The position numbers were made by a program, and so were the translations under genes. A stretch of 64,000 bases of DNA from Bacteroidales bacterium (GTDB taxonomy: Bacteria; Bacteroidota; Bacteroidia; Bacteroidales; JAEINX01): positions 4,363 to 68,362 of the forward strand of contig JAEINX010000004.1 in assembly GCA_016342645.1 (NCBI GenBank), written 5' to 3'. Position 1 is the stretch's first letter. Each line of letters begins with the position of its first letter. Of this stretch, positions 1-10,102 are shown piece after piece. Under the pieces are notes generated by a model. It was given only the letters and a program-made list of their open reading frames with translations, was not told the DNA's origin and did not search any database.

Positions 1-171
1 ACTTTTTGGAACACTTATCAATAATCTTGCGGATGGATAGGTTTCGGATTTTGAATAAGTCCAAACGACTTTAAAAGGATAAACAAAAAACTTTGAACCT
101 TCTGAGAATAAATTATTTATTACTTTTTTCTCACCCAGGCGTTCTTTCTTATTTAAAGTTTGTTTTCGCAT
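1..171 (-). CDS. rnpA: Ribonuclease P protein component, N-terminal part (gene runs off the left edge)
   Basis: Not in the ORF track because it is open at the edge. My translation of the minus strand from the ATG at 171-169 gives MRKQTLNKKERLGEKKVINNLFSEGSKFFVYPFKVVWTYSKSETYPSARLLISVPKS. The basic N-terminus and the LF-x-x-G-x-x-F-x-YPF core are typical of bacterial RnpA. Confidence 0.65.
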   Translation of the reverse strand, partial: MRKQTLNKKERLGEKKVINNLFSEGSKFFVYPFKVVWTYSKSETYPSARLLISVPKS

Positions 172-302
172 TATCCAATAATAAAATTGCTATTTGCTTT
201 AATTGTTACATTGTTGAAAGGTAACAATGTAATAATTTTGCTAAAACTTTTAAGGTATCTTACAAATCTTATATGAACAATGTATATTTTTGAGTTTTGA
301 AT

Positions 303-1061
303 CTATTTTTTCTTTTTATTACATTTTTTCATATATTGTTCAATAGCCATTGTCATTGATGGGGCATTTTTTGTCGGAGCATTAATATTTAATTTTAGCC
401 CTGCATCTTTAACTGCTTTTGAAGTTGTTGGCCCAAATGCAGCAATCAAGGTACTGTTTTGCGTATATTCGGGAAAATTCTTGAACAATGATTTAACTCC
501 CGATGGGCTGAAGAAAATCAAAATATCATATTTCTTAATATCAACTTTCGACAGATTGCTTGCAAAAGTTTTATAAATTACAGCTCTTCGATATTTTATT
601 TTATTAGCATCTAAAAGCTTAGCAATGCTAACTTTTTGAATATCAGAGCAAGGAAGAAGGAAGTTTTCGTCTTTATATTTCTTAAGTATGATATCCATCA
701 GATCAACAAAGGTCTGTTTGCCGTGAAATATTTTTCTTTTTCTGTACGGGACATATTTTTGAAGATAAAAAGCTGTAGCTTCAGAAATACAAAAATATTT
801 CATTGAATCAGAAATTTCAACTCTCATTTCTTTGGAAATCCTAAAAAAATGATCTACTGCATTACGGCTTGTAAAGATAATTGCTGAATAATCAGCTATA
901 TAAACCTTATCTTTCCGAAATTCGCTGGCAGTTACACCTTCAATTTTAATGAATTTATGAAAATCAACACAAATATTGTTTTTTCTGGCTAATTCGTAAT
1001 AAGGTGATTTTTCTAACTCTGCCGGTTTTGGTTGAGATACAAGTATGTTTTTAATTTTCAA
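303..1061 (-). CDS. hemD: Uroporphyrinogen-III synthase
   Basis: 252 aa. The N-terminus KILVSQPKP...SPY..L, then IKIEGV...FR and IIFTSRNAVDHFF, fit the Bacteroidota HemD (HEM4) pattern. It sits next to a DUF4271-type membrane gene, as is usual in this phylum. Confidence 0.8.
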   Translation of the reverse strand: MKIKNILVSQPKPAELEKSPYYELARKNNICVDFHKFIKIEGVTASEFRKDKVYIADYSAIIFTSRNAVDHFFRISKEMRVEISDSMKYFCISEATAFYLQKYVPYRKRKIFHGKQTFVDLMDIILKKYKDENFLLPCSDIQKVSIAKLLDANKIKYRRAVIYKTFASNLSKVDIKKYDILIFFSPSGVKSLFKNFPEYTQNSTLIAAFGPTTSKAVKDAGLKLNINAPTKNAPSMTMAIEQYMKKCNKKKK

Positions 1062-1114
1062 TTTAATAATATTTAATAATAAATAAACTTTCCTTTTTTA
1101 TTTTTATATATAGA

Positions 1115-2011
1115 TCAAATTAAATACATTTTTACCAATTTTACTATTACAATCGCAGGTAAAATTTCAAGGCTACAAAAGTACAAAAAAATATAAAACA
1201 CAGGAAATTTCTTTAAACTAATTGCAATTTGCATACTCCTAAAGAATCGAAAAAAAATCAATAATCCAATTATGAAAAATGTAGAATAGAAAAAAATGTT
1301 CGCTTTTAAATATACTATTAATATAAGAAGGGGTAATAGGAAAATTCCTGTAATTATATTAAATACAAGTATATTGGTTCTGTATTCAGTCGAAATTTGA
1401 TATTCATTAAAAAGTTTAGCAATAAATTTGATTGCGATAATTTTTAATGCCCAAAGAATTATTATTGAAGTAAAAATAAAGGAAAATAAAACGAAAGAAT
1501 TTAGCAATTCATCCTGATTTTTATAAAAAATCAAAATTGTTTGATAAATAAGCAATGATGTTAAAAGTGAATAAATAAAAAATAATGCTACTGATATTCT
1601 CTCTTTCAAAAGATTTCCATCTCGATTTAATTGATGAAAAAATTGTTGTCCAAAAGTTGAAAAGAAAATCTGCTTAATACGCTTTTTCGCCACTAATTTT
1701 ATGAGTATGAAGATAGAAACGCATAATAGAATTATTGCTGAAACCCACCAATCGTTAGTGTTTTGCTTATGCGGTTTGGGGGCTATTAATTGTGTTTTGA
1801 GCTGATGTTCTGCAAAAAAAGTAGTAGATGGTTTTTGTAAAGAATCAAACTTTATTGAGTCCTTGTTAATTCTTGAATATCTATTATTAAGAAATAAATT
1901 CGAAGAAAAATTATTATTAATTGAGAAAAGAGTATCATTACCTGTACTTAAATTACTGTCCATAAACATATTAACGATAAATACATGGTTTGATAAGGAA
2001 TCGGTTTTCAT
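1115..2011 (-). CDS. Multi-pass membrane protein, DUF4271-like
   Basis: 298 aa. A soluble N-terminal third is followed by about 6 hydrophobic helices. Family recalled from the conserved hemD neighbourhood, not from a search. Confidence 0.55.
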   Translation of the reverse strand: MKTDSLSNHVFIVNMFMDSNLSTGNDTLFSINNNFSSNLFLNNRYSRINKDSIKFDSLQKPSTTFFAEHQLKTQLIAPKPHKQNTNDWWVSAIILLCVSIFILIKLVAKKRIKQIFFSTFGQQFFHQLNRDGNLLKERISVALFFIYSLLTSLLIYQTILIFYKNQDELLNSFVLFSFIFTSIIILWALKIIAIKFIAKLFNEYQISTEYRTNILVFNIITGIFLLPLLILIVYLKANIFFYSTFFIIGLLIFFRFFRSMQIAISLKKFPVFYIFLYFCSLEILPAIVIVKLVKMYLI

Positions 2012-2033
2012 TCTTTTTTTCTCTATGCAAAAA

Positions 2034-2064
2034 TAAAAAAACCTGCCTTAAAAGGCAGGTTTTA
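2034..2064 (-). terminator. Rho-independent terminator downstream of the MFS transporter gene
   Basis: ACCTGCC-TTAAAA-GGCAGGT hairpin at 2041-2060. An A-run on the plus strand becomes a U-run on the minus-strand transcript. Confidence 0.55.
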
Positions 2065-2136
2065 TCAGAAAATGTTTTTAAAAATTGTTTTCTCGTATAA
2101 TTGCTTAACAAATTAACAATTTTGTTTCAAACTATC

Positions 2137-3384
2137 TTATTTTTTTGCCGGTTTCACAAGAATAGTAAGTACGGTTCCAATCAAAACAGCTACTCCTAAG
2201 ATTGTGAATGCCATTGCAAAATTGCCTGCATCACCCATTTTCCCACCAAGGATTGGTCCGAATATTCCACCAACTCCATAAGCAAGGAATACCCACGGAT
2301 AATTTAGTCCTACATTTTTGGCGCCAAAAGTATCGGCTGTAATTGTTGGGAAAAGTGCAAAGTTTCCACCGAAGTTAAATCCGATTAAGGTTGCTCCAAT
2401 ATATAATAAAATCTCATTACCGGCCATGTATGTAAAAAGAATCACTACTACTCCCTGAATGGCAGTCATTAGAATGATTGATAATTTCCGGCCAAGTATA
2501 TCACTTAAAGTTCCCCAAAGTATTCTACCAATTCCATTGGCTAAACTAAAGAAAATTGCCATAGCAGATCCGGCAATTGCGCTTGCTTCAATCTCTGTAT
2601 ATCCATTGGCCATCAATGCTTCCATGGGATAGAGTTTCATCAGACCTATTGACATTAGCCCTGCACCTGCTGAAAAAACAAAAGTGAAGAAAATGAGATA
2701 GAATTGTACTTTTTTAAGCATTTCGCTGCTTGAAAATTCTTTTTCGCTCACAGTACCTGCTGCATTTGCCTGTTTAGACTTAAAACCTGCAGGTAGCCAG
2801 CCGGCCGGTGGAAATTTCATCCAAAGCCCGCCAATGATAACCATGGCTGCAAAAGCGATTCCATAAACTGTAAATGTAGTTGATAAACCAAGACTTTCAA
2901 TCAAATGGCCCCATGACCCCGCAAGTTTAACCCAAAGCAAAGCACCAAAACCAAATCCGGCAACAGCCAAACCTGTGATCATACCTTTTTTGTCGGGGAA
3001 CCAACGCATACCTACCGCAATAGGAACTACATAAGCAAAGCCAATACCTGCTCCTCCGATCAATCCGATAAAGATCAGTAAAGCCCAGAAACTAAATCCA
3101 CCAATGATACCTGCAAGAATATATCCTATTCCAAGCACTAAACCACCAAGCCATGCTAATTTTTGCGGGCCCCATGTAGCGAGTTTCTTCCCGGCAAAAA
3201 CCATAAAAACAGCAAAAGAAGCCAGACCGATTGCAAAAACCCATTGTGTATCAGCTTTTGACCAGCCTTCCATTGTTAATGATGGTGTAAACACCGACCA
3301 TGCATAAATGGCACCAAGAGCTAATTGTATTAAAATAGCTCCTACAACTACCAATCCTCTGTTCATTACTTTTTGATTTTCCAT
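2137..3384 (-). CDS. MFS transporter, oxalate/formate antiporter (OFA)-like family
   Basis: 415 aa with about 12 TM helices. The N-terminus GLVVVGAILIQLALGAIYAWSVF is characteristic of OFA-type MFS proteins. Confidence 0.8.
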   Translation of the reverse strand: MENQKVMNRGLVVVGAILIQLALGAIYAWSVFTPSLTMEGWSKADTQWVFAIGLASFAVFMVFAGKKLATWGPQKLAWLGGLVLGIGYILAGIIGGFSFWALLIFIGLIGGAGIGFAYVVPIAVGMRWFPDKKGMITGLAVAGFGFGALLWVKLAGSWGHLIESLGLSTTFTVYGIAFAAMVIIGGLWMKFPPAGWLPAGFKSKQANAAGTVSEKEFSSSEMLKKVQFYLIFFTFVFSAGAGLMSIGLMKLYPMEALMANGYTEIEASAIAGSAMAIFFSLANGIGRILWGTLSDILGRKLSIILMTAIQGVVVILFTYMAGNEILLYIGATLIGFNFGGNFALFPTITADTFGAKNVGLNYPWVFLAYGVGGIFGPILGGKMGDAGNFAMAFTILGVAVLIGTVLTILVKPAKK

Positions 3385-3427
3385 TTCTTTTTATTTTTAA
3401 TTAACTATAATTTTATTTTCCTAAATG

Positions 3428-3470
3428 AAAAAAGACATTTCAGCCAAGAAGGCTTAAAATGTCTTTTTAT
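3428..3470 (-). terminator. Rho-independent terminator downstream of acs
   Basis: AAAGACATTT...AAAATGTCTTT inverted repeat (3432-3441 / 3457-3467) with an inner AGCC/GGCT pair. An A-run on the plus strand becomes a U-tract on the minus strand. Confidence 0.45.
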
Positions 3471-3485
3471 ATGATTTATGTCGAA

Positions 3486-5399
3486 TTATCGTTTTACTTC
3501 AACTTTTGCTCCGTCTATGATTTCCTCAACAACGCCCGGATCAAGTAAAGTAGATGTATCACCTAAATTAGAAGCATCACCTTCACCGATTTTTCTTAAA
3601 ATCCTTCTCATGATTTTTCCTGATCGGGTTTTTGGCAATCCGCTTACAACCTGAATGACATCGGGTTTGGCAATCGGCCCAATTACTTTTGTTACAGTGT
3701 CTCTGATACTTTTTTCAATGTTAGCCATTTCCGAATCGCTAAGTTCTTCACAAGTAACATAAGCATAGATACCCTGTCCTTTAATTGGGTGAGGATAACC
3801 GACTACTGCTGACTCATTTACTTTCGGATGTTGGTTAATAGCATCTTCAACTTCGGCTGTTCCGATTCGGTGACCTGAAACGTTAATAACATCATCAACA
3901 CGGCCCATAATTCTGTAATAACCTTCTTCGTCTCGTTTTGCACCATCACCTGTAAAGTATAAACCTTTATAGGTTGAGAAATATGTTTGACGACATCTTT
4001 CATGATCACCATAAGTTGATCTTATCATTCCGGGCCAAGGAAATTTAATACATAAGTTTCCTTCCACACCGTTTCCGGTTAATTCTTTGCCTTCATTATC
4101 AACAAGAATCGGCTGAACTCCCGGTAATGGTAATGTTGCAAATGAGGGTTTGGTAGGTGTAATTCCGGCAAGCGGAGTAATCATAATTCCACCTGTTTCG
4201 GTTTGCCACCATGTATCAACAATAGGGCATTTACCACCACCTACAATATCATGATACCAACGCCATGCTTCTTCGTTGATTGGTTCTCCGACAGTACCGA
4301 GAACTTTTAATGAGCTTAGATCGTGTTTTGTTACAAATTCATTGCCATGTGGCACCAATGCACGGATAGCGGTTGGTGCTGTATAGAATTGATTAACCTT
4401 GTGTTTTTCAACGATTTCCCAGAAACGTCCAGCGTCTGGCCAAGTTGGAACACCTTCGAACATAATTGAAGTAGCTCCAGCCAATAATGGTCCATAAACA
4501 ATATAGGAATGGCCTGTTACCCAACCGATATCGGCAGTACACCACCAAATATCTCCATCATTATATTGGAATACATTTTTGAAAGTATATTCTGCAAATG
4601 CCATATAACCGGCAATAGTATGCTGCACACCTTTAGGTTTACCTGTTGAACCAGAAGTATAAAGTATGAAAAGTGTATCTTCTGAATCCATAACTTCAGC
4701 TTTATTTTCAACACTTATCCCATCAATTGCATCATGCCACCAAATGTCGCGGCCTTCTTGCATATTGATTTTTTCACCTGTACGTTTAAGAACGATAGTT
4801 TTTTCAACTGTAGGACAGGTTTTTAGGGCTTCATCAACAATTGCTTTTATTGGAATACTTTTTGTTCCACGATAAGCTCCGTCAGAAGTTACTACAATAT
4901 TTGATGTTCCGTCTATAATACGATCGGCTAATGCATTTGCCGAGAAACCGGCAAAAACAATTGAATGAATTGCTCCAATTCTTGCACAAGCAAGCATTGC
5001 AATTGCCAATTCGGGTACCATTGGTAAATAAATTGTTACACGGTCACCTTTTTTGATGCCTTGGTCTTTAAGAACATTTGCAAATTGACATACTTTTTCA
5101 AATAGTTCACCGTAAGTTAATTTTACTGTATCTTCTTTGGGGTCGTTTGGTTCCCAAAGGATTGCAATTTGATCTTTTCTGAAAGGTATATTTCTCTCGA
5201 AAATATTTTCAGTAATATTTAATTTGCCATTTTTGAACCATTTAACATTTGGTCCGATAAAGTCCCATTCTAAAACTTCATCCCATTTTTTATGCCATAA
5301 ATAGTCTTCGGCAATTTTCGCCCAAAATGCCTCTGGATTCGCAACACTTTCCTGATACTTTTGAAAATATTCAGCAAAGCTGGTAATTTTGTTTGTCAT
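3486..5399 (-). CDS. acs: Acetyl-CoA synthetase (acetate--CoA ligase)
   Basis: 637 aa. AMP-binding signature YTSGSTGKPKG, WWQTETGG, and the C-terminal PKTRSGKIMRR motif that carries the regulatory lysine. Confidence 0.95.
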   Translation of the reverse strand: MTNKITSFAEYFQKYQESVANPEAFWAKIAEDYLWHKKWDEVLEWDFIGPNVKWFKNGKLNITENIFERNIPFRKDQIAILWEPNDPKEDTVKLTYGELFEKVCQFANVLKDQGIKKGDRVTIYLPMVPELAIAMLACARIGAIHSIVFAGFSANALADRIIDGTSNIVVTSDGAYRGTKSIPIKAIVDEALKTCPTVEKTIVLKRTGEKINMQEGRDIWWHDAIDGISVENKAEVMDSEDTLFILYTSGSTGKPKGVQHTIAGYMAFAEYTFKNVFQYNDGDIWWCTADIGWVTGHSYIVYGPLLAGATSIMFEGVPTWPDAGRFWEIVEKHKVNQFYTAPTAIRALVPHGNEFVTKHDLSSLKVLGTVGEPINEEAWRWYHDIVGGGKCPIVDTWWQTETGGIMITPLAGITPTKPSFATLPLPGVQPILVDNEGKELTGNGVEGNLCIKFPWPGMIRSTYGDHERCRQTYFSTYKGLYFTGDGAKRDEEGYYRIMGRVDDVINVSGHRIGTAEVEDAINQHPKVNESAVVGYPHPIKGQGIYAYVTCEELSDSEMANIEKSIRDTVTKVIGPIAKPDVIQVVSGLPKTRSGKIMRRILRKIGEGDASNLGDTSTLLDPGVVEEIIDGAKVEVKR

Positions 5400-5458
5400 A
5401 ATGTGTTTTGTTTGATTTATTAATATTAATTTAAATTATTATTTAATTATATTTTGTT

Positions 5459-6028
5459 TTAGTGATTATCAATTTCATAAGTGATATTTCTGAAAATGTC
5501 ATCGATGCTACCGATTCCATGAATTTTTAACAGTTTTTTTTGTTTAGAATAATAATCAATCAAGGGTTTTGTTTGACTGTTATATACAACGAGTCTTTGT
5601 TTGATGACTTCTTCAGTGTCGTCGCTACGATTGGTTTCTTTTGCTCTTAAAAGCAAACGTGAAATCAATTCATCATCATGAACATCAAGTGAAATAACAT
5701 AAGAAATCTTCATATTCATTTCTTCCATCAATTGGTCAAGATGTCCGGCTTGCACAAGTGTACGAGGATATCCATCAAAAATAAAGCCTTTAATATCTTT
5801 GTGCTTTTTTAATTCATATTGCAGAATTTCAAGCAATAATTCGTCAGTTACTAATTCGCCTGATTCAATTATATTCTTGACTTTAAGTCCTATTGTTGTT
5901 TTATTTCTTATTTCATTTCTGAAAATCTCACCTGTAGAAATATGTTCTAAGCCATATTTTTCAGCTATTTTCATTGATTGTGTCCCTTTTCCTGAGCCGG
6001 GAGGGCCAAAAAGTATTAAATTAAACAT
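5459..6028 (-). CDS. adk: Adenylate kinase (short form, no zinc lid)
   Basis: 189 aa. P-loop GPPGSGKGTQ, then ISTGEIFR and GFIFDGYPRT. Confidence 0.9.
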   Translation of the reverse strand: MFNLILFGPPGSGKGTQSMKIAEKYGLEHISTGEIFRNEIRNKTTIGLKVKNIIESGELVTDELLLEILQYELKKHKDIKGFIFDGYPRTLVQAGHLDQLMEEMNMKISYVISLDVHDDELISRLLLRAKETNRSDDTEEVIKQRLVVYNSQTKPLIDYYSKQKKLLKIHGIGSIDDIFRNITYEIDNH

Positions 6029-6458
6029 ATTAAATTTTATAGCTTTTGTTAATTATTATATGTAGAAAACTTAAAAAAATATAAACATTACAAAATTAAT
6101 CTTAAAATAAACATATTTCCTTTTTCTGATTTTATTTATTAATTATAACTATTTTCACTCTATCAGCTTGATTAACTATGCAATAAACGTACATTTGAAA
6201 GATTTTCCGCTTTCGGGTGCAAAAATATTTAAAATTTTCTCTTTTTCAAAACCTTAAACCAAAATTTTCATTTTTTTTTAGCATTATTGTTTTTCTTTAT
6301 TGAATTTAATTGAATTTCATATAAATACAATTTTTTTGTTTCACATTTTAATTGTTTTCATGTTTTACTTATGAATAAATAAAGTTATATGCTTTCGATT
6401 TCTTATTTCATTTTTATAAAAACAAGGCAAAAATATGACTTTTTTATAAAAAAATTTT

Positions 6459-6466
6459 TAATTTTG
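6459..6466 (+). promoter_or_regulatory. Candidate Bacteroidota -7 promoter box (TAnnTTTG)
   Basis: TAATTTTG lies about 12 nt upstream of the first conserved riboswitch nucleotides. No clear -33 TTTG partner was seen. Confidence 0.3.
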
Positions 6467-6477
6467 CTCTGATAATT

Positions 6478-6560
6478 CGAATAGGGGTGCCCTAAATTAA
6501 CGGGCTGAGATTATACTCATTGAACCTGATCCGGGTAATTCCGGCGAAGGGAAATAGCAT
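6478..6560 (+). promoter_or_regulatory. TPP (THI-box) riboswitch
   Basis: AGGGGTGC...GGGCTGAGA...TTGAACCTGATCCGGGTAATTCCGGCGAAGGGAA matches the conserved TPP aptamer core (GGGGUGC, CUGAGA, ACCUGAUCyGGrUAAUrCCrGCGnAGGGA). It lies about 60 nt upstream of the receptor gene. Confidence 0.85.
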
Positions 6561-6618
6561 AATAAAAGATTTTTTCCTCTATTGATGATAAAAAGTTTAA
6601 CTTTTAAAAATCAATGTA

Positions 6619-9000
6619 ATGAAAAAAATTATTTGGACAATGGCCTTGTTTCTAAGCCTTCAGAACCTTACTTTCTCACAATTCACAATTAAAGGGAAGG
6701 TTTTTGATAAAGAAACAAATGAAAAATTAATAGGTGCACACATTATTGTCGAAGGCACTTATAATTTAACAACAAGTGATCAAAAAGGCAATTTCATTGT
6801 CAAAAATCTTAAAAAAGGGAAATATGTTTTTCGTGTTTCTTATGTCGGTTATAAAGACTGTGAAAAGGATATTGAGGTAAAAAAAAACTTAGATATTAAT
6901 TTCGGGCTTGAGTCGAAGGCAATTTTAGAAGATGAGGTAATAGTTTCAGCAATAAGAGCTTCGGACAAAGAACCTTTGACTTATAAAAATATATCAAAGA
7001 AGGAAATAAAAGAGGTAAACCTTGGGAAAGATTTACCTTTTATAATTGAATCTACGCCATCAACAGTTGTAAGTTCTGATGCCGGGGCAGGAATCGGATA
7101 CACAGGTATTCGTATTCGAGGAACAGATATAACACGAATAAATGTTACCGTTAATGGTATCCCGATTAATGATCCGGAATCTCACGGTGTATTCTGGGTT
7201 AATATGCCTGATTTTGCCTCAACAGTCGATAATATTCAAATTCAGCGAGGTGTGGGAACTTCAACAAACGGAGCAGCCGCATTTGGAGCAAGTATAAATA
7301 TTCAGACTTTAAAATTAAACCGTAAGGCTTATGCTGAAATAAATTCCTCTGCCGGATCATTTAATACTTTTAAAAATAGTTTGACATTCGGGACAGGCTT
7401 ACTTGATGGAAAATGGACTCTTGATGGGCGATTATCAAAAATTTCTTCGGATGGATACATCGATAGAGCAACTTCCGACCTGAAATCATTTTTTGTATCA
7501 GCCGGATATTACGGGAAAAAGAGTATTTTAAGATTAAATGTTTTTTCGGGAAAAGAAAAAACCTATCAGGCATGGGAAGGTGTTCCGAAAGATTCGCTAA
7601 AAACAAATCGCACATTCAATCCTTATTCTTATGAAAATGAAACCGATAATTATTGGCAAGATCATTATCAAGCACTTTATTCTAACCAACTCAACAAAAA
7701 AATAAACTTTAATTTTGCCTTGCATTATACAAAAGGAAAAGGATATTACGAACAATATAAAACCAAAAGGAAGTTCAAAGACTATCGTTTGGAAAATGTA
7801 ATTATCGGACAGGATACAATTACAAAAACAAACCTTATCCAACAAAAATGGCTTGATAACGATTTTTATGGTTTTACATATTCATTAAATTATGAAAAGA
7901 AAAAATTAAGTGCTGTTTTAGGTGGTGCATGGAATAAATTTGATGGTGATCATTATGGTGAAGTAATTTGGGCACAATATGCCAGCAACGGGAAAAAAGG
8001 ACATCGTTGGTATGAAAATAAGGGTGTTAAAAAGGACTTCAACGTTTTCGGGAAATTAAATTATCAACTAAACGAAAAAATTAATTTGTATGGCGACCTA
8101 CAATTTCGCAAGATTAATTATTCAATAAAAGGAAATCATGATGATTTACGTAACCTTACACAAAAACATGATTTTGATTTTGTTAATCCTAAATTCGGGA
8201 TTTTATATCAATTAGCTTCTAACCAAAAGGTATATTTTTCATTTGCAATTTCAAACCGTGAACCAAATCGCAGCAATTATCGTGATGCCGATCCCGGACA
8301 TTTACCGAAAAGCGAAAAGTTGAATGATTTTGAACTGGGATATGATTTTCATATAAATAGCCTTGCCATAGAAGCAAATATTTTTTATATGGATTATTTA
8401 AACCAGTTGGTTCTTACGGGAGAGATAAATGACGTTGGTGCTGCTATAATGACTAATGTGCCGGAAAGTTACCGTGCCGGAATTGAGATTAGCTCAGGGA
8501 TAAAAATTCTTGATAATCTTACTTGGGATATAAATGCAACATTCAGCACAAATAAAATTAAAGATTTCACCGAATATGTTGACAAATTTGATGAAAACTG
8601 GAACCCCGAACGTCAGTTTTCAAAATATCTTGGTAAAACCGACCTGTCTTTTTCACCTGATATTATTGCCGGAAGCATATTTAATTACGAAATTATTGAT
8701 GATTTATTTATTAGTTTTATTTCAAAATATGTAAGCAGGCAATATATTGATAATACGTCTAATAAAGACAGAAGCTTAGACCCTTATTTTGTTAATAATC
8801 TTATTTTTAACTATAGTTTTAAAACAAAACCTTTCAAAGAAATTGGATTTCATTTCATGCTTAACAATATTTTTAGTGAAAAATATGAAACCAATGCATG
8901 GGTTTACAGAAGTTTTGTTGGAGAGAAATTAATGATATATGACGGTTATTTTCCACAGGCGGAATTTAACTTTCTTGCCGGAATTAGCTTGAGGTTTTGA
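6619..9000 (+). CDS. TonB-dependent receptor with N-terminal carboxypeptidase-regulatory-like domain (probable thiamine or thiamine-precursor uptake)
   Basis: 793 aa. Signal peptide, CarbopepD_reg-like start (FTIKGKVFDKETNEKLIGAHIIVEG), plug region, long beta-barrel and a terminal aromatic residue (...ISLRF). The function is inferred from the upstream TPP riboswitch. Confidence 0.88.
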   Translation: MKKIIWTMALFLSLQNLTFSQFTIKGKVFDKETNEKLIGAHIIVEGTYNLTTSDQKGNFIVKNLKKGKYVFRVSYVGYKDCEKDIEVKKNLDINFGLESKAILEDEVIVSAIRASDKEPLTYKNISKKEIKEVNLGKDLPFIIESTPSTVVSSDAGAGIGYTGIRIRGTDITRINVTVNGIPINDPESHGVFWVNMPDFASTVDNIQIQRGVGTSTNGAAAFGASINIQTLKLNRKAYAEINSSAGSFNTFKNSLTFGTGLLDGKWTLDGRLSKISSDGYIDRATSDLKSFFVSAGYYGKKSILRLNVFSGKEKTYQAWEGVPKDSLKTNRTFNPYSYENETDNYWQDHYQALYSNQLNKKINFNFALHYTKGKGYYEQYKTKRKFKDYRLENVIIGQDTITKTNLIQQKWLDNDFYGFTYSLNYEKKKLSAVLGGAWNKFDGDHYGEVIWAQYASNGKKGHRWYENKGVKKDFNVFGKLNYQLNEKINLYGDLQFRKINYSIKGNHDDLRNLTQKHDFDFVNPKFGILYQLASNQKVYFSFAISNREPNRSNYRDADPGHLPKSEKLNDFELGYDFHINSLAIEANIFYMDYLNQLVLTGEINDVGAAIMTNVPESYRAGIEISSGIKILDNLTWDINATFSTNKIKDFTEYVDKFDENWNPERQFSKYLGKTDLSFSPDIIAGSIFNYEIIDDLFISFISKYVSRQYIDNTSNKDRSLDPYFVNNLIFNYSFKTKPFKEIGFHFMLNNIFSEKYETNAWVYRSFVGEKLMIYDGYFPQAEFNFLAGISLRF

Positions 9001-9100
9001 TTATAAGGCCATTAATTATTGAGATTTATTCTATTAAAAAACATCTCAAAAATATTTGTAATTTTGCATAGAGTCATTTTATTAAAGAAATTAAAAAGAG

Positions 9101-9532
9101 ATGAATAAAACAGCATATGCAGCTCCTTGCGGCCTTGATTGTTTTCACTGTGAATATTTTGAAAAGAATATTTCAGAAGAAACCATAAAAATGCTTATTA
9201 AGCATTTGGGAATGAAACGGTCGGAAGCTCCTTGTAAAGGTTGCCGCTTTGAAAAGGGATGCAAATATTTTGATAATAAATGTGAAACTCAAGATTGTGT
9301 TAGATCCAAAAAACTTCAATTTTGTTTTGAATGTAATGAGTTTCCTTGTCGTTTTCTCCAACCCTGCGCCGATGGTGCCGAAAAATATTCGCATAACATG
9401 AAGATATATAATTTATGTAGAATGAAAGCAGTTGGAGTAAATAAATGGGCTGAAGAAGAAGCCTTACTGATTAGGAAACGCTATTTTAAAGGAAAATTTG
9501 TTAGCGGATCAGGAGTGAAACTTCCGGAGTAA
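9101..9532 (+). CDS. Cysteine-rich protein, DUF3795-like
   Basis: 143 aa. CGLDCFHCEYF, CKGCR, CETQDC and CFECNEFPC motifs. Family assigned from memory of the N-terminal APCGxxCxxC pattern. Confidence 0.55.
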   Translation: MNKTAYAAPCGLDCFHCEYFEKNISEETIKMLIKHLGMKRSEAPCKGCRFEKGCKYFDNKCETQDCVRSKKLQFCFECNEFPCRFLQPCADGAEKYSHNMKIYNLCRMKAVGVNKWAEEEALLIRKRYFKGKFVSGSGVKLPE

Positions 9533-10102
9533 ATTAAACTTATTGTTTCCCAATAACCATGCATTCATTAGGGTGGAATATATTTCCCTTTAAGCAAAAT
9601 ACTCTCTTTTAGTCACATTAGCTAAAGTTCTTTAGGATTTAAACAATCAAGATTATAATAAGCGGTGTTCTATTCTGCAGAATTTATTATCAGTTCTGTT
9701 GGCTTTAACAATTGGATTTTTCTCCACATTTTTTCTCAGAAATGATTTTTTAAGAAAAATTCTAATCTGCTTTAATAATAACATACATCGAAATACGTAA
9801 ATTCCACGCAGGTTTTGAGGTGGAAAACACCCTAAAAAAAATAATTTTTAAAAAAATAATAAAAAAATAATTTTTTCTACCGTCTAAAAACCACTGTTAA
9901 TTAATTAACAATAGAAAAAACAATTTTTTTTCTGAAGAAAAACAGTATCGTTTTTCATAAAAGAATTTTTCTAATAAACAAATATAGTGATTAATACAGT
10001 TTTTAATTAGGTGTTTCTACCTAATAATATAATTGTGTTTTTCACTCTTGCACAGCCTTGGTTTCTGAAATAATTTTGCTGTTGAAATTAATAATAAAGA
10101 AA

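Noticed and set aside
6029-6458. A possible small RNA, tRNA or mobile element in the 430-bp AT-rich spacer between adk and the riboswitch. The spacer at 37006..37309 was considered for the same reason.
   Set aside because: Both are extremely AT-rich and low-complexity. I could find no cloverleaf-compatible G/C stems, no conserved RNA motifs and no repeat with another part of the window. They are probably promoter or spacer DNA, and the second may include further kinase decay.
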